From Alphaproteobacteria bacterium (lineage in GTDB: Bacteria; Pseudomonadota; Alphaproteobacteria; CADEGL01): 64,000 bases of DNA. The stretch lies in the NCBI GenBank assembly GCA_963666705.2, contig CAXXKO010000025.1, positions 160,652 to 224,651 on the forward strand. Direction: 5' to 3'. Position numbers and translations under genes: made by a program. Each line of letters opens with the position of its first letter. The stretch's first letter is position 1. This document shows, one piece after another, positions 1 through 9,521 of the stretch. Below the pieces are notes generated by a model that worked only from the letters and a program-made list of their open reading frames with translations, ran no database searches and was not told the origin of the DNA.

Positions 1-120
1 TTGGACACCTATCTGGGGGCCGCCCCACAGGGCCAGCAACCACGACGGATGCAGTCGAATCATATGGTACATAAGCGGGGCGAACCAGTCCGTCATCGAC
101 AACCGGGAGGTCACGAATCC

Positions 121-924
121 ATGAAGGATCCGGGAACGATCCTCATCACGGGTGCCTCGAGCGGCATCGGTGCCGCGCTCGCGCACGCCTACGCGGCCCC
201 CGGCCGGCGCCTCGCGCTCACGGGCCGGGACGCGGATCGCCTGGCGGCGGTGGCCGAGGGCTGCCGCGGGGCCGGCGCCGAGGTCGAGACTGCCGTCATC
301 GACGTGCGGGACGCGGACGCCCTCGCAAGCTGGATCGACGCCGTCTTCGCCGACGCGCCGCTCGATCTCGCGATCGCCAACGCGGGCATCTCGGCCGGCA
401 CCGGCGGCGGTGGCGAAGGCGCCGAGCAGTCGCGCCGCATCTTCGAGACCAACGTCCAGGGCGTGGCCAACACCGTCCACCCGGCCGCGGCGCGCATGGC
501 GGGCCAGCCGGCGCGGGATGGCCGGCGGGGACAGATCGCACTCATGGCCTCGCTCGCCGCCTTTCGCGGCTTCCCCGGCGCCCCGGCCTATTGCGCCAGC
601 AAGGCGGCGGTGAAGGTGCTCGGCGAAGGGCTGCGGGGCGATCTCGGGGAGCGGGGCATCGCCGTCAACGTCATCTGCCCCGGCTACGTGGTGAGCGCCA
701 TGACCGATGCGAACGATTTCCACATGCCATTGCTGATGGGGACGGCCGATGCCGCGCGGCTGATCGAGCGCGGGCTCGTGCGGAACCGCGCCCGCATCGC
801 CTTCCCACGGCTCCTCTATTTCGGAGTCTGGCTCTTGGCCGCGCTGCCGCCCGCGATCACCGACCCCCTCCTCGCCCGGTTGCCGAAAAAGGTGCGAGCG
901 GGCCGTTCGCGGCGGGACGAATGA
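121..924 (+). CDS. SDR-family short-chain dehydrogenase/reductase
   Basis: ATG at 121 gives MKDPGTILITGASSGIGAAL (TGxxxGxG). YCASK (YxxxK) catalytic motif further on. Part of ORF 1..924. Confidence 0.8.
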   Translation: MKDPGTILITGASSGIGAALAHAYAAPGRRLALTGRDADRLAAVAEGCRGAGAEVETAVIDVRDADALASWIDAVFADAPLDLAIANAGISAGTGGGGEGAEQSRRIFETNVQGVANTVHPAAARMAGQPARDGRRGQIALMASLAAFRGFPGAPAYCASKAAVKVLGEGLRGDLGERGIAVNVICPGYVVSAMTDANDFHMPLLMGTADAARLIERGLVRNRARIAFPRLLYFGVWLLAALPPAITDPLLARLPKKVRAGRSRRDE

Positions 925-1321
925 AGCGATAAAGCGCCATGCCCGCCAGCATGGCGAGGACGAAGACCGCCGGCCGCCAGACCCCCAGCCCGAGGGCGGC
1001 CAGGGCGGGGCCGGGACACAAGCCGACCAGCCCCCAGCCGAACCCGAAGACGGCGGCGCCGTCGATGAGCTCAACGTCGAGCGCGCGCCGCGTGGGCAGA
1101 TGGAAGCGATCGGCCAAGACCGGCGCCCGCCGCCGCCCGATCGCGCGAAACGCCGGCACCGCCACCAGTAGCGCGCCCAGCATGACGAAGGCGAGCGTGG
1201 GGTCCCAGTCGCCGGTCACGTCGAGAAACCCCAGCACCTTGGCCGGATCGATCATGCGCGAGAGGGCGAGGCCGATACCGAACAGGGCGCCGACGCCAAA
1301 AGCGGAGATTATTCTACCCAT
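857..1321 (-). CDS. YeeE/YedE-like (DUF6691-type) small membrane protein, putative sulfur-compound transporter component
   Basis: Internal ATG (cat at 1319-1321) of ORF 857..1603 gives [34 protein letters not shown]..., with four hydrophobic segments. The upstream Arg/Pro-rich part of the ORF looks non-coding. Confidence 0.6.
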   Translation of the reverse strand: MGRIISAFGVGALFGIGLALSRMIDPAKVLGFLDVTGDWDPTLAFVMLGALLVAVPAFRAIGRRRAPVLADRFHLPTRRALDVELIDGAAVFGFGWGLVGLCPGPALAALGLGVWRPAVFVLAMLAGMALYRFIRPAANGPLAPFSATGRGGGR

Positions 1322-1323
1322 CC

Positions 1324-1727
1324 CTATGCCCCGACCACGTGGCGCGCGGCGAAGACGGTCGCGGCGGCCGCGGCCATGAAGACGAGGGTGGCGGCGACCG
1401 AGCGCTTGGAGAAACGCGCCAGGCCACAGACCCCGTGGCCGCTGGTGCAGCCACCGCCCAGCCTGGTGCCGAAGCCAACCAGGAGTCCGCCCAGGACGAT
1501 GACGGGAAGCGAAGCGTCGATGGTGATATCGGGCACCGGGCCGGCGGCGAGGCCATAGAGGATCGGGCCAGCGACGAGGCCGACCATGAAGGCGAGGCGC
1601 CACCGACGATGCCGCTGATACCCGCGATGCGGCCGTTGAAGAGGAGGAGCAGGGCCGCGGCGGCGCCGATCAGCAGGCCGCCGAGGGTCCCCGATACGGG
1701 CGTGAAGCTCTCCATTCCATTCTCCAT
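1324..1727 (-). pseudogene. YeeE/YedE-like membrane protein, frameshifted
   Basis: N-terminus [43 protein letters not shown] is in the frame of ORF 1314..1754. The rest, [17 protein letters not shown]...[17 protein letters not shown]..., is in the frame of ORF 1324..1761. The frames switch at ~1597-1606 (minus-strand ATCGTCGGTGGCGCCTCGCC). Confidence 0.6.
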
Positions 1728-1780
1728 CGGCGCCGCGACGGCGCCCGGGTCCATTCTCCATCGGCGCCGCGAGGTCGCCC

Positions 1781-2482
1781 TCAGCCTTCGACCGTGAACG
1801 TGCCCGGCAGGTTCACGCCCTCGATCGCCAGGACCCGCGCCGGCGCCCCGTCGAGCCCCACGAGCTTAAGCGGCAGGGCCAGAATGGCGCAGCGCGGGCC
1901 GGAAATGGCGGCAAGGTTGTGCACATATTCGATATTGTAGATGTCGCGCCCCAGTATCCTGTGATGGACCTCGCAATCCTCGCCGCGGAACCCGGGCCGG
2001 CGCACGGCGAATTCCTCGGAGAAATCGTAGACGACCGCCTGCACGCCCCGCGCCACGAGCCAGTCGGCACCGCCCACCTCGAGGTAGGGGCCATCGCGCC
2101 AGAAGGTATCTCTGCCCCAATGGGCGTCGCTCCAGCCCGTGCGCAGGATGGCGATGTCGCCCGGCCGCACGTGGCCGCCGCGATCCTCGAGGGTGTCGCC
2201 GGTGATGCCGCGCTCGCGCCCGTGGTCGGACAGCTCGACGACGGCGGCGGGGCCGATCAGCTTGGCGAGCGGCGCCCGGTCGATGGCCGCCCCGCCCTCG
2301 ATGAAATGGTTGGGTGCATCCACGTGGGTGCCGTAGTGGCAGAACATTGAGAAGGTCGAGCCGCGCCAGCCGCAATCGGGGAAGTCGTATGGCGTCGCGA
2401 ACTCGACCGAGAGGCCGAGGCGGCCGTCGCCATGGCGGATCGGCAGGGAAAGATCGATGACGTGCACGTGTCCCCCTCTCAT
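1781..2482 (-). CDS. Cyclase-family protein (arylformamidase/kynurenine formamidase-like)
   Basis: 233-aa ORF carrying [12 protein letters not shown] (HxGTHxDxPxH cyclase-family motif). Confidence 0.7.
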   Translation of the reverse strand: MRGGHVHVIDLSLPIRHGDGRLGLSVEFATPYDFPDCGWRGSTFSMFCHYGTHVDAPNHFIEGGAAIDRAPLAKLIGPAAVVELSDHGRERGITGDTLEDRGGHVRPGDIAILRTGWSDAHWGRDTFWRDGPYLEVGGADWLVARGVQAVVYDFSEEFAVRRPGFRGEDCEVHHRILGRDIYNIEYVHNLAAISGPRCAILALPLKLVGLDGAPARVLAIEGVNLPGTFTVEG

Positions 2483-2524
2483 GCCCGAGCGCCCGGGCCC
2501 GATTCAGGCGGCCGGCGTGGCCGC

Positions 2525-3526
2525 CTAATCGGCCGCCGGTTCGCCCGATTGCTGCTGGCGGCGGAACTCCCGCCAGCGCGCGACGTTCCTGTTGTGCTCC
2601 GCGAGCGTGCGGGCGAAGACATGGCCGCCGCGCCCGTCGGCGACGAAAAAGAGCTCGTCCGTATCGGCCGGGTTGAGCACGGCGGCAATCGCCGCGCGCC
2701 CGGGATTGGCGATCGGGCCCGGTGGCAGCCCGGCATTGCGGTAGGTGTTGTAAGGATGGTCGAGCTTGAGGTCGGCGCGGGTCAGGGGCCGGTCGAGCGG
2801 GCCGACCCCACCCGTCAGCGCATAGACGACCGTGGGGTCGGCATCGAGCTTCATGCCCCGCTCGAGCCGGTTGAGGAAGACGGCGGCGACGCGGGCGCGC
2901 TCGTCCTCGCGCGCGGTCTCCTTCTCGACGATGGAGGCCAGGGTCACGGCGTCGGCGGGCGTCGCGATAGGCAGATCCGGCGCGCGGCCGGCCCATAGCT
3001 CCGCGAGCGCCTCGGCCATGGCCTGGCGCATGCGCCCGATCATGGCATCGCGCCCGTCGCCGTGGGAGAAATGGTAGGTCTCCGGCAACAGCACCCCTTC
3101 CCCGATCCCGTCCGGAAGCTCGCCCTCGAGTCCTTCGGTGCGCCGGATCTGGTCGATCACCGCGGCCGTGATCAGCCCCTCCGGCACGGTCAGGCGGCGA
3201 ATCACCGTCTCCCCGCTCGCCAGCAGCGCGATCACCTCGCGCGGGCTCATGGCCGGGCGGAACGCGTACTCGCCCGCGCGCAGGCCCCGGTCCGCGCCGG
3301 TCACCCGGGCGGCGGCGACGAAGACGAGCGCATTGGCGATCACGCCCGCCGCCTCGAGGGCCCGGGCGATCTCCTCCAGGCCCTCGCCCCGAGGGACGAT
3401 GAGGGTGGTCGGCGCCTCGAGCGGCCCGGGGCGGGTATAGCTCGCGTAGCCCCAGAGGAAGACACCGAGGGCGAGGACGAGGGTGGCGAGGAGGGCCGCG
3501 AAGAGACGGACGACGATGCGTCCCAT
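2525..3526 (-). CDS. mltG: Endolytic murein transglycosylase MltG (YceG-like)
   Basis: 333 aa. N-terminal TM helix, then a YceG-like body (..DPTVVYAL.., ..YNTYRNAGLPPGPIANPG..). Sits immediately downstream of fabF, the usual position. Confidence 0.8.
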   Translation of the reverse strand: MGRIVVRLFAALLATLVLALGVFLWGYASYTRPGPLEAPTTLIVPRGEGLEEIARALEAAGVIANALVFVAAARVTGADRGLRAGEYAFRPAMSPREVIALLASGETVIRRLTVPEGLITAAVIDQIRRTEGLEGELPDGIGEGVLLPETYHFSHGDGRDAMIGRMRQAMAEALAELWAGRAPDLPIATPADAVTLASIVEKETAREDERARVAAVFLNRLERGMKLDADPTVVYALTGGVGPLDRPLTRADLKLDHPYNTYRNAGLPPGPIANPGRAAIAAVLNPADTDELFFVADGRGGHVFARTLAEHNRNVARWREFRRQQQSGEPAAD

Positions 3527-3532
3527 ACCGTG

Positions 3533-4795
3533 CTAGCCGAGGCCCTTGAGAACCAGGGAGACATTGGTGCCGCCGAAGCCGAAGGAGTTGGTGAGGACGT
3601 GGGCGACCGGCCGCTCCTTGGCCGCGCCCGGCACCAGGTCGATGTCGCAGCCCGGCGAGGGGTTCTCGAGGTTGAGGGTCGGCGGCACGACGCGATCGCG
3701 CAGGGCGAGGATGGAGAAGATCGCCTCGACGCTGCCGGCGGCGCCCAGGAGGTGGCCGATGGCGGACTTGGTCGACGACATGCAGAGGCTGTAGGCATGG
3801 TCGCCGAAGAGGCGCTTGACGGCGCCGAGCTCGATCTCGTCGCCGAGCGGCGTCGAGGTGCCGTGGGCATTGATGTAATCGATATCCTCGGGATCGAGGC
3901 CGGCGCGCGCGAGGGCCGCCGCCATGGAGCGGTAGGCGCCATCGCCGTCCTCGGCGGGGGCCGTGATGTGGTGGGCGTCGCCCGAGAGCCCGTAGCCGAC
4001 GACCTCGGCATGGATCCTGGCCCCCCGGCGCTTCGCGTGCTCCAGCTCCTCGAGCACGACGATGCCGGCCCCCTCCCCCATGACGAACCCGTCGCGGTCA
4101 CGGTCCCAGGGCCGCGAGGCACGCTCGGGCGTATCGTTGAACTGGGTCGAGAGCGCCCGGGCGGCGGCGAAGCCGGCGATTCCGATGCGGCATACGGCGG
4201 CCTCGGCACCCCCGGCCACCATGACGTCGGCATCGTCGAACTGGATCAGCCGGGCCGCGTCGCCGATGGCGTGGGCGCCGGTCGAGCAGGCGGTCACGAC
4301 GGCGTGGTTCGGCCCCTTGAAGCCGTACTTGATGGAGACGTGGCCGGAGGCGAGGTTGATGAGCGCCGCCGGGATGAAGAACGGCGACATCTTGCGCGGC
4401 CCACGCTCATGGAGGGTGATGGAGCCGTTATAGATCTCCTCGAGCCCGCCGATGCCCGAGCCGATCATCACGCCCGTGCGCTCGCGCGCCTCCTCCGCCT
4501 CGGGCATCCAGCCCGAATCCTCGACCGCCTGGGTCGCGGCCCCCATGGCGAAGACGATGAAGCGGTCGGTCCGGCGCCGGTCGCGCGCGCTCATCCAATC
4601 GTCGGCGTTGAAGAGGCCGTCCGCGGTCTCGCCCTGGGGCACCTGGCCGGCGATCTTGGAGGGAAGGTCGGAGACGTCGAAGCTCTGAATGGCACCGACG
4701 CCCGAGCGCCCTTCGATCAGTCGCTCCCACACATGCGCCACACCGACGCCAAGCGGCGTGACAAGCCCGAGCCCCGTCACGACGACCCGCCTCAT
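3533..4795 (-). CDS. fabF: 3-oxoacyl-ACP synthase II
   Basis: 420 aa. MRRVVVTGLGLVTPLG, active-site context VVTACSTGAHAIG, HGTSTPLGD, NSFGFGGTN. Confidence 0.95.
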   Translation of the reverse strand: MRRVVVTGLGLVTPLGVGVAHVWERLIEGRSGVGAIQSFDVSDLPSKIAGQVPQGETADGLFNADDWMSARDRRRTDRFIVFAMGAATQAVEDSGWMPEAEEARERTGVMIGSGIGGLEEIYNGSITLHERGPRKMSPFFIPAALINLASGHVSIKYGFKGPNHAVVTACSTGAHAIGDAARLIQFDDADVMVAGGAEAAVCRIGIAGFAAARALSTQFNDTPERASRPWDRDRDGFVMGEGAGIVVLEELEHAKRRGARIHAEVVGYGLSGDAHHITAPAEDGDGAYRSMAAALARAGLDPEDIDYINAHGTSTPLGDEIELGAVKRLFGDHAYSLCMSSTKSAIGHLLGAAGSVEAIFSILALRDRVVPPTLNLENPSPGCDIDLVPGAAKERPVAHVLTNSFGFGGTNVSLVLKGLG

Positions 4796-4869
4796 GGCGT
4801 CAGCGACCGGGCTGACCGGGGATCGGAGCGGCCGCCGCGCGGCGCGGCCGGGGTCGATTGCGCCGGCGG

Positions 4870-5109
4870 TCAGACCTCATTGGAGATGTAATCGACCGCA
4901 TCCTTGACGGTGACGATCTTCTCCGCCGCGTCGTCGGGAATCTCGCAGCCGAACTCTTCCTCGAAAGCCATTACCAGCTCGACCGTATCGAGGCTGTCCG
5001 CCCCGAGGTCGTCGATGAACTTGGCATTTTCGCTCACCTTGGCCTCGTCGACGCCAAGATGCTCAACGACAATCTTCTTCACGCGTTCGGCGACGTCGTC
5101 AGTGCTCAT
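4870..5109 (-). CDS. acpP: Acyl carrier protein
   Basis: 79 aa with the [20 protein letters not shown] phosphopantetheine-attachment motif. Confidence 0.97.
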   Translation of the reverse strand: MSTDDVAERVKKIVVEHLGVDEAKVSENAKFIDDLGADSLDTVELVMAFEEEFGCEIPDDAAEKIVTVKDAVDYISNEV

Positions 5110-5327
5110 ATCTCCAGTCCCCAGGATGCCGTTGAACTTCGTGGCTCGTCATGGCCGGCCGCGCCGCGGCCGGGCCAGCTTCGGGCCTGAATCGTCTCGT
5201 AACATACTTTATTTGCATTGGCCAGCATCGGCGCGCGCGCGGGCGCTGACAAGTGGGCGGAAGGCTCGGTTGTAGGCACTTCGGGTCGATAACTCGCCGC
5301 TCGCAAGATCACGAATGTTGGACTCAA

Positions 5328-5949
5328 TAAGTTTGGAGCCGAACGGCATTAGGATTTTGAGACAGATGACCACGGCTCATCATCGGGCAAAACGTCTATA
5401 TCGTAGAAACTTTAAGTCAGCGAGAACCTTAAACGATGCATAAACCTTGCTTACATAGTCTCATCGCCGAGCATCATCAATATCGATGTCAGCACATATA
5501 CGTTGAACCGTTTCTTGAGCAATATGTAACATCCGTTCTTGCCGGTACGGTCGCGTTTCAGTCGAGCTTCAGAAGTAATCTTCTTTACGGAGGTAGCGCT
5601 CTTCGTTTTCGAGTTCAAGACGCTCCGCCTCTGCGTGAGCCTTAGGCACTTCTCGACTCGGCCAATAAGTTTATTAGGATTTTGAGACAGATGACCACGG
5701 CTCATCATCGGGCAAAACGTCTATATCAAACTTTAAGTCAGCGAGAACCTTAAACGATGCATAAACCTTGCTTACATAGTCTCATCGCCGAGCATCATCA
5801 ATATCGATGTCAGCACATATACGTTGAACCGTTTCTTGAGCAATATGTAACATGTCGCGTTTCAGTCGAGCTTCTTCTTTACGGAGGTAGCGCTCTTCGT
5901 TTTCGAGTTCAAGACGCTCCGCCTCTGCGTGAGCCTTCCTCGACTCGGC
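5328..5949. repeat. Tandem direct duplication (unit 1 5328-5663, unit 2 5664-5949) of the 3' end and downstream flank of the vWA/coiled-coil gene
   Basis: Hand alignment. The two units match base for base except for five short extra blocks in unit 1: ggagccgaacggc, gtag, ccgttcttgccggtacg, agaagtaatc, and aggcactt replacing c. The same event yields the near-identical shadow ORFs 5436..5645 and 5757..5954. Confidence 0.85.
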
Positions 5950-6622
5950 CCTAACTATATCGCCTTGCAGGTGCATATGGACCGCGCGGCCCTCAGCTTC
6001 GCTCGCCTCAGCCCTGAGCTTCTTCACTTCCAATTCGCCTTTTTGCAATTTCAAGTCAGCGATTTTCTTAGCAAACTCACGTTTCCAAGGAGTGAATTTC
6101 TCGTCGATAAATTCGATGCTTTTCGCAATACCGGAAATGCTTACCTCGACGGGCGATGACTGCGTGAGAGATAGGACTTGTATTTTCGGTTCGCGATCGC
6201 TTACAGAATCCGAAACTTGTTGTATTGTCTCAATCGCCTCTAATGCCGGGACAACCTCTGTCGCAAGGACAGTGGCGTTCAGCATGCCGCGCTCTGACCC
6301 ACGAAACCTTATAGTCTTCAGAGGCGCTCTGTCATGAAGAGCAAGAAGCTCGTCAAATATCATGCGTTGATGAGTAGTTAATGTGGCAGCCTCGCGGGCT
6401 ACCAATTTTAATGCACTCTGTGTGATTAATTCTGATGCTTCAGAATAATTCTCTGCGTAGGTAACATCGTCGTCCGAAGCTATACGAAATGCAGTTTCAT
6501 TTCCCTTTTCAGTCTGGTCAATTAATAAAACGCTGTCTCTGGATTGTGGATAAATTCTAGAAAATTCGTTTGCTGCGTGTTCGGCTTGATCCGCATCCGT
6601 AAGTCCATCGGAGATAACGTAA

Positions 6623-7697
6623 CGTCCCTATCCGGTTAATGCAGGTAGCGACCGAGTGTTCTTTATATGTTCGCTCTAAGGGTGTACTGTTCCCGCCTCT
6701 GAGGATTGGTCGGGAGACAGGGCATGAGCGGCTTGTTGACGTTCCAAGAGCGCTACCGAGACGAGGAATCGTGCATCCTGGCCTTGGCGGATCGACGCTG
6801 GCCGTCTGGGTTTGCGTGCGCCCGCTGCGGGCACCGGCGGGGCTATCGGCACAAGGCGCGGGCGCGCGTCTTCGAATGCGCGGCTTGCGGTCGTCAAGAG
6901 TCGGTGACGGCGGGAACCATCTTCCACCGCACCCGCACACCGTTGCCCAAATGGTTCCTGGCGGCGTGGTTGATGGGGCGGGACAAGCGCGGGGTCTCGG
7001 CCCTGTTCCTGGCGCGCGAGCTGGGGCTTCGCTATGAGACCGCATGGCTGATGGCTCACAAGCTGCGCCATGGCTTGGCGGAGCGGCCGGATGCGTTGCT
7101 GGACGGCATGGTCGAGGTCGATGAGAGCTACTACGGCGGGCGCGGCAAGCCCGAGAGCCGGGGCCGCGGGATGGCCAATGCCAACAAGAGCCTGCTCGTG
7201 CTGGCGGTGGAGAAGGTGGCGGTGGCGCCGGGCAAGGGGGTCGAGGGCAGCGGCTTCGTCGCCGGCCGGGCGCGGCTTGCCATCCTGCCCCGGGCCAATG
7301 CCGAGCAGCTCGGCGGCTTCGTGCGGGCCGCCGTGACGCCGGGCGCGCGCCTGCTGACCGACGATTTCAAGGGCTATGCCGGGCTCGGCGCCGTCTACCG
7401 GCACCAGCCCACCGTCCAAGGCCAAGGCAAGAACGCCGAGACGCAGATGCCGATCATCCACGTCCTGTTCAGCAACCTCAAGACCTGGCTCAACGGCACC
7501 TACCATGGCGTCAGCGCCAAGCACTTGCCGCGCTATGGCCGGGAATGGGCCTATCGCTTCAACCGCCGCCGGCGGATCGACGACCTCGGCGACTTCGTCC
7601 TGAGCCGCGCCACGGCCCGGCCAACCATCACATACCGCCAGTTGATCCACGGCTTGCAACCCCAGGGCGCACGACCTGCCTTAACCGGATAGGGACG
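6623..7697 (+). mobile_element. IS1595-family insertion sequence (1075 bp)
   Basis: Perfect 17-bp terminal IRs: CGTCCCTATCCGGTTAA at 6623-6639, with its reverse complement at 7681-7697. They extend imperfectly to ~27 bp. 8-bp TSD TAACGTAA at 6615-6622 and 7698-7705. One transposase ORF. Confidence 0.85.
6724..7692 (+). CDS. IS1595-family transposase (N-terminal Zn-ribbon, ISXO2-like DDE domain)
   Basis: MSGLLTFQERYRDEESCILALADRRWPSGFACARCGHRRGY...CAACGRQESVTAGTIFHRTRTPL... The stop codon lies inside the right IR. An alternative TTG start exists at 6706. Confidence 0.8.
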   Translation: MSGLLTFQERYRDEESCILALADRRWPSGFACARCGHRRGYRHKARARVFECAACGRQESVTAGTIFHRTRTPLPKWFLAAWLMGRDKRGVSALFLARELGLRYETAWLMAHKLRHGLAERPDALLDGMVEVDESYYGGRGKPESRGRGMANANKSLLVLAVEKVAVAPGKGVEGSGFVAGRARLAILPRANAEQLGGFVRAAVTPGARLLTDDFKGYAGLGAVYRHQPTVQGQGKNAETQMPIIHVLFSNLKTWLNGTYHGVSAKHLPRYGREWAYRFNRRRRIDDLGDFVLSRATARPTITYRQLIHGLQPQGARPALTG

Positions 7698-8097
7698 TAA
7701 CGTAAACTCTGATGTCACGATAATCCGATAGTCGAGAAAGCAGAAAAGCTTCTCGAAATGCCGCGGCAAGATCGGTGCCGCCACCTGCTTGTAACGAGCG
7801 AATACGGCCCTCAAATTCGGAAAATCGATCAGCTGCGTCATGGAAAAGTATATCGGCGTCGCTAGCAAATTGAATGATGGCGACATCCGGAGTTCGTAGC
7901 GCGCTAACTCTTCGAATAAGGAGTTCCTTGGCTGCTTCAAGTTTGCTGGCCCACTCCCCGGTCTCTACCAATCCAACAGGTTCGGGACCGCCACTAAATT
8001 TGTTGCGCATAGAACCAGAAGTATCGAGGAAAATGATCCAGATAGAATTCGCCATGTCGCTCATTTCCCTTCGTTGAACTGATTTGCGGCCCTGACG

Positions 8098-9410
8098 CAC
8101 TAGTGTCCGGTTAAAAATCGAATAAATTCAATTGGTTGGTTATTTGCGAAGCGTTGCATCTGTTTTCGTCTCCCGCAAGTGCTTGATGTATGGGCATTTT
8201 CTCGAAGAGGGTCACCGAGAGGATCTGTAACAAAGTGTAGAGCGAGGCGTCCAGGTCGAGGCGCTTCTTGACGATGGCGACGAGGACGTAGACCGAGACG
8301 GCAATCCAGATCTGCGTCTTCACCGCGTTCTCCGACGTGCCGTAGAACTGCTTGATCCGAAGATGCTGCTTGATCCACTTGAAGAAGAGTTCCACCTGCC
8401 AGCGGCTTTTGTAGAGCGCGCAGATGGTGGCGGCCGGAAGCGAGAAGTTGTTGGTGATGAAGACCAGCGTCTTGCCGGACTCGGGGTCCTTGAAGCGGAT
8501 GCGCCGCAGAAGTTCGGGGTAATCCTGACGGGTGTAGAAGCCGTCCAGGGAGATGGTCTGGTCGCAAATGATGCCGGTCGAGCGATCCGTCGGCGCCGAA
8601 TAGACGCGATGAGCATCGATGTTCGACTTGGCACGCGTGACGAAGAAGGCCCCGGCTTGGTGCAACACATAAAGGCGGGCAAAGTCGACGTAGCCACGAT
8701 CCACGACGTAGATGGCTCCGGCTTCCGGCAAGAGCATATCGAGGGCATGAACGTCGTGCAGCTTGCCATCCGAGATGTGGATAAAACTCGGAATGTTGCC
8801 CCGCAGGTCGAGCAGCGTGTGCATCTTCACCGCCGCCTTGGTGGTGCGGAAGTGCGCCCACGGAAAGACCGACAGGCACAGAGCGATGGTCGTCGAGTCC
8901 AGGGCGTAGACGGTATTGGTCAGGTCCAACCCCAGTTCTTCGTCGACGTACAGCGTCCTCGCCTGGGTGATGAGCCGCTGGGCCAACGCCGCATGGATAC
9001 GCCAGTCGCGCCTTTCGTTGGCATCGGCCAGCGTCGAGCGCCGGACCGGCTGGCGGAAGCCCATGTGATAGAGTTTCGATGCGTGGACCGAGAGGCAGGT
9101 CTCGATGTCGCGCAGGCTTTCCCGGTAGGTCAGCTGGGCGAAGGCCATGGACCGGTATTGCTCGGCGCAGGAAAGCGTCCGGACCCGGTGATCGCCGCCA
9201 TACCGGTCGACGATCCGCGTGAAAGTAGTCCATGGCAGGAAGTCCATGAGCTGAGCGAACAGGGTCTTGCCGGTGTTCATGAGCATCTCCTCGGAGAAAC
9301 TCCGAAAAGTGCTCCATCCAATTCAAATCGACACCATGCATTTTCGCTTCAAACCCCGCAGAAATCCTGGCTCTCAAAGCCAGCACCGCTCAGTTAACCG
9401 GACAGCAGTG
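8098..9410 (-). mobile_element. IS4-family insertion sequence, copy 1 (1313 bp)
   Basis: IRs CACTAGTGTCCGGTTAA (8098-8114) and the reverse complement of CACTGCTGTCCGGTTAA (9394-9410). 9-bp TSD GCCCTGACG at 8089-8097 and 9411-9419. Matches copy 2 at 46343-47655 wherever compared. Confidence 0.9.
8111..9286 (-). CDS. IS4-family DDE transposase (DUF4372-type N-terminus)
   Basis: 391 aa. MLMNTGKTLFAQLMDFLPWTTFTRIVDRYGGDHRVRTLSCAEQYRSMAFAQLTYRESLRDIE...YKSRWQVELFFKWIKQHLRIK. Confidence 0.9.
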   Translation of the reverse strand: MLMNTGKTLFAQLMDFLPWTTFTRIVDRYGGDHRVRTLSCAEQYRSMAFAQLTYRESLRDIETCLSVHASKLYHMGFRQPVRRSTLADANERRDWRIHAALAQRLITQARTLYVDEELGLDLTNTVYALDSTTIALCLSVFPWAHFRTTKAAVKMHTLLDLRGNIPSFIHISDGKLHDVHALDMLLPEAGAIYVVDRGYVDFARLYVLHQAGAFFVTRAKSNIDAHRVYSAPTDRSTGIICDQTISLDGFYTRQDYPELLRRIRFKDPESGKTLVFITNNFSLPAATICALYKSRWQVELFFKWIKQHLRIKQFYGTSENAVKTQIWIAVSVYVLVAIVKKRLDLDASLYTLLQILSVTLFEKMPIHQALAGDENRCNASQITNQLNLFDF

Positions 9411-9521
9411 GCCCTGACGTTGAATTCTTACAAATATACAGAGGATTACGTGCTAAATCCTCAGTCAATCCTTCTATAATACAATATTAAGTTTCCGTCG
9501 GCAATCGGTTGTAAAGCCAAC

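Larger units (their letters stand above)
5782..8064 (-). pseudogene. vWA (MIDAS) domain plus C-terminal coiled-coil protein, split by an IS1595-family insertion (coding segments 7706-8064 and 5782-6622)
   Basis: N-terminal part MSDMANSIWIIFLDTSGSM (DxSxS)...GGTDLAAAF...DIRVYV. The minus-strand frame left of the IS continues ISDGLTDADQAE... with no stop, into ORF 5782..6405 (heptad-rich ...KIADLKLQKGELEVKKLRAEASEAE...). Removing 6623-7705 gives one 1200-nt ORF (399 aa) reading IRVYVISDGLT across the junction. GC looks like ~40-47% by eye. Confidence 0.8.

Noticed and set aside
3062-4891. Very long ORFs antisense to or overlapping real genes (also 11075..12778, 20773..23094, 32870..34981, 36927..38828, 40737..42353, 44518..46098, 47657..49480, 15213..16646, 16577..17671)
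   Set aside because: They are typical GC-rich shadow ORFs. Their translations are Arg/Gly/Ala/Pro/Asp-biased with no recognisable motifs. Each overlaps a gene with clear family signatures on the other strand or in another frame.
5328-5949. Diversity-generating retroelement template/variable repeat pair
   Set aside because: No reverse transcriptase gene is nearby. The two copies differ by indel blocks, not by adenine-specific substitutions.
5436-5954. Duplicated small plus-strand ORFs (69 aa and 65 aa, MHKPCLHSLIAEHHQYRC...)
   Set aside because: They are antisense to the coiled-coil gene's 3' end and owe their duplication to the tandem repeat. They have no RBS and no recognisable motif.
8100-9386. 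428-aa ORF (and its twin 46345..47631) as a second IS-encoded protein
   Set aside because: It is an alternative frame of the transposase gene on the same strand, with Arg/Pro-rich nonsense composition. The 391-aa frame carries the DDE transposase signatures.
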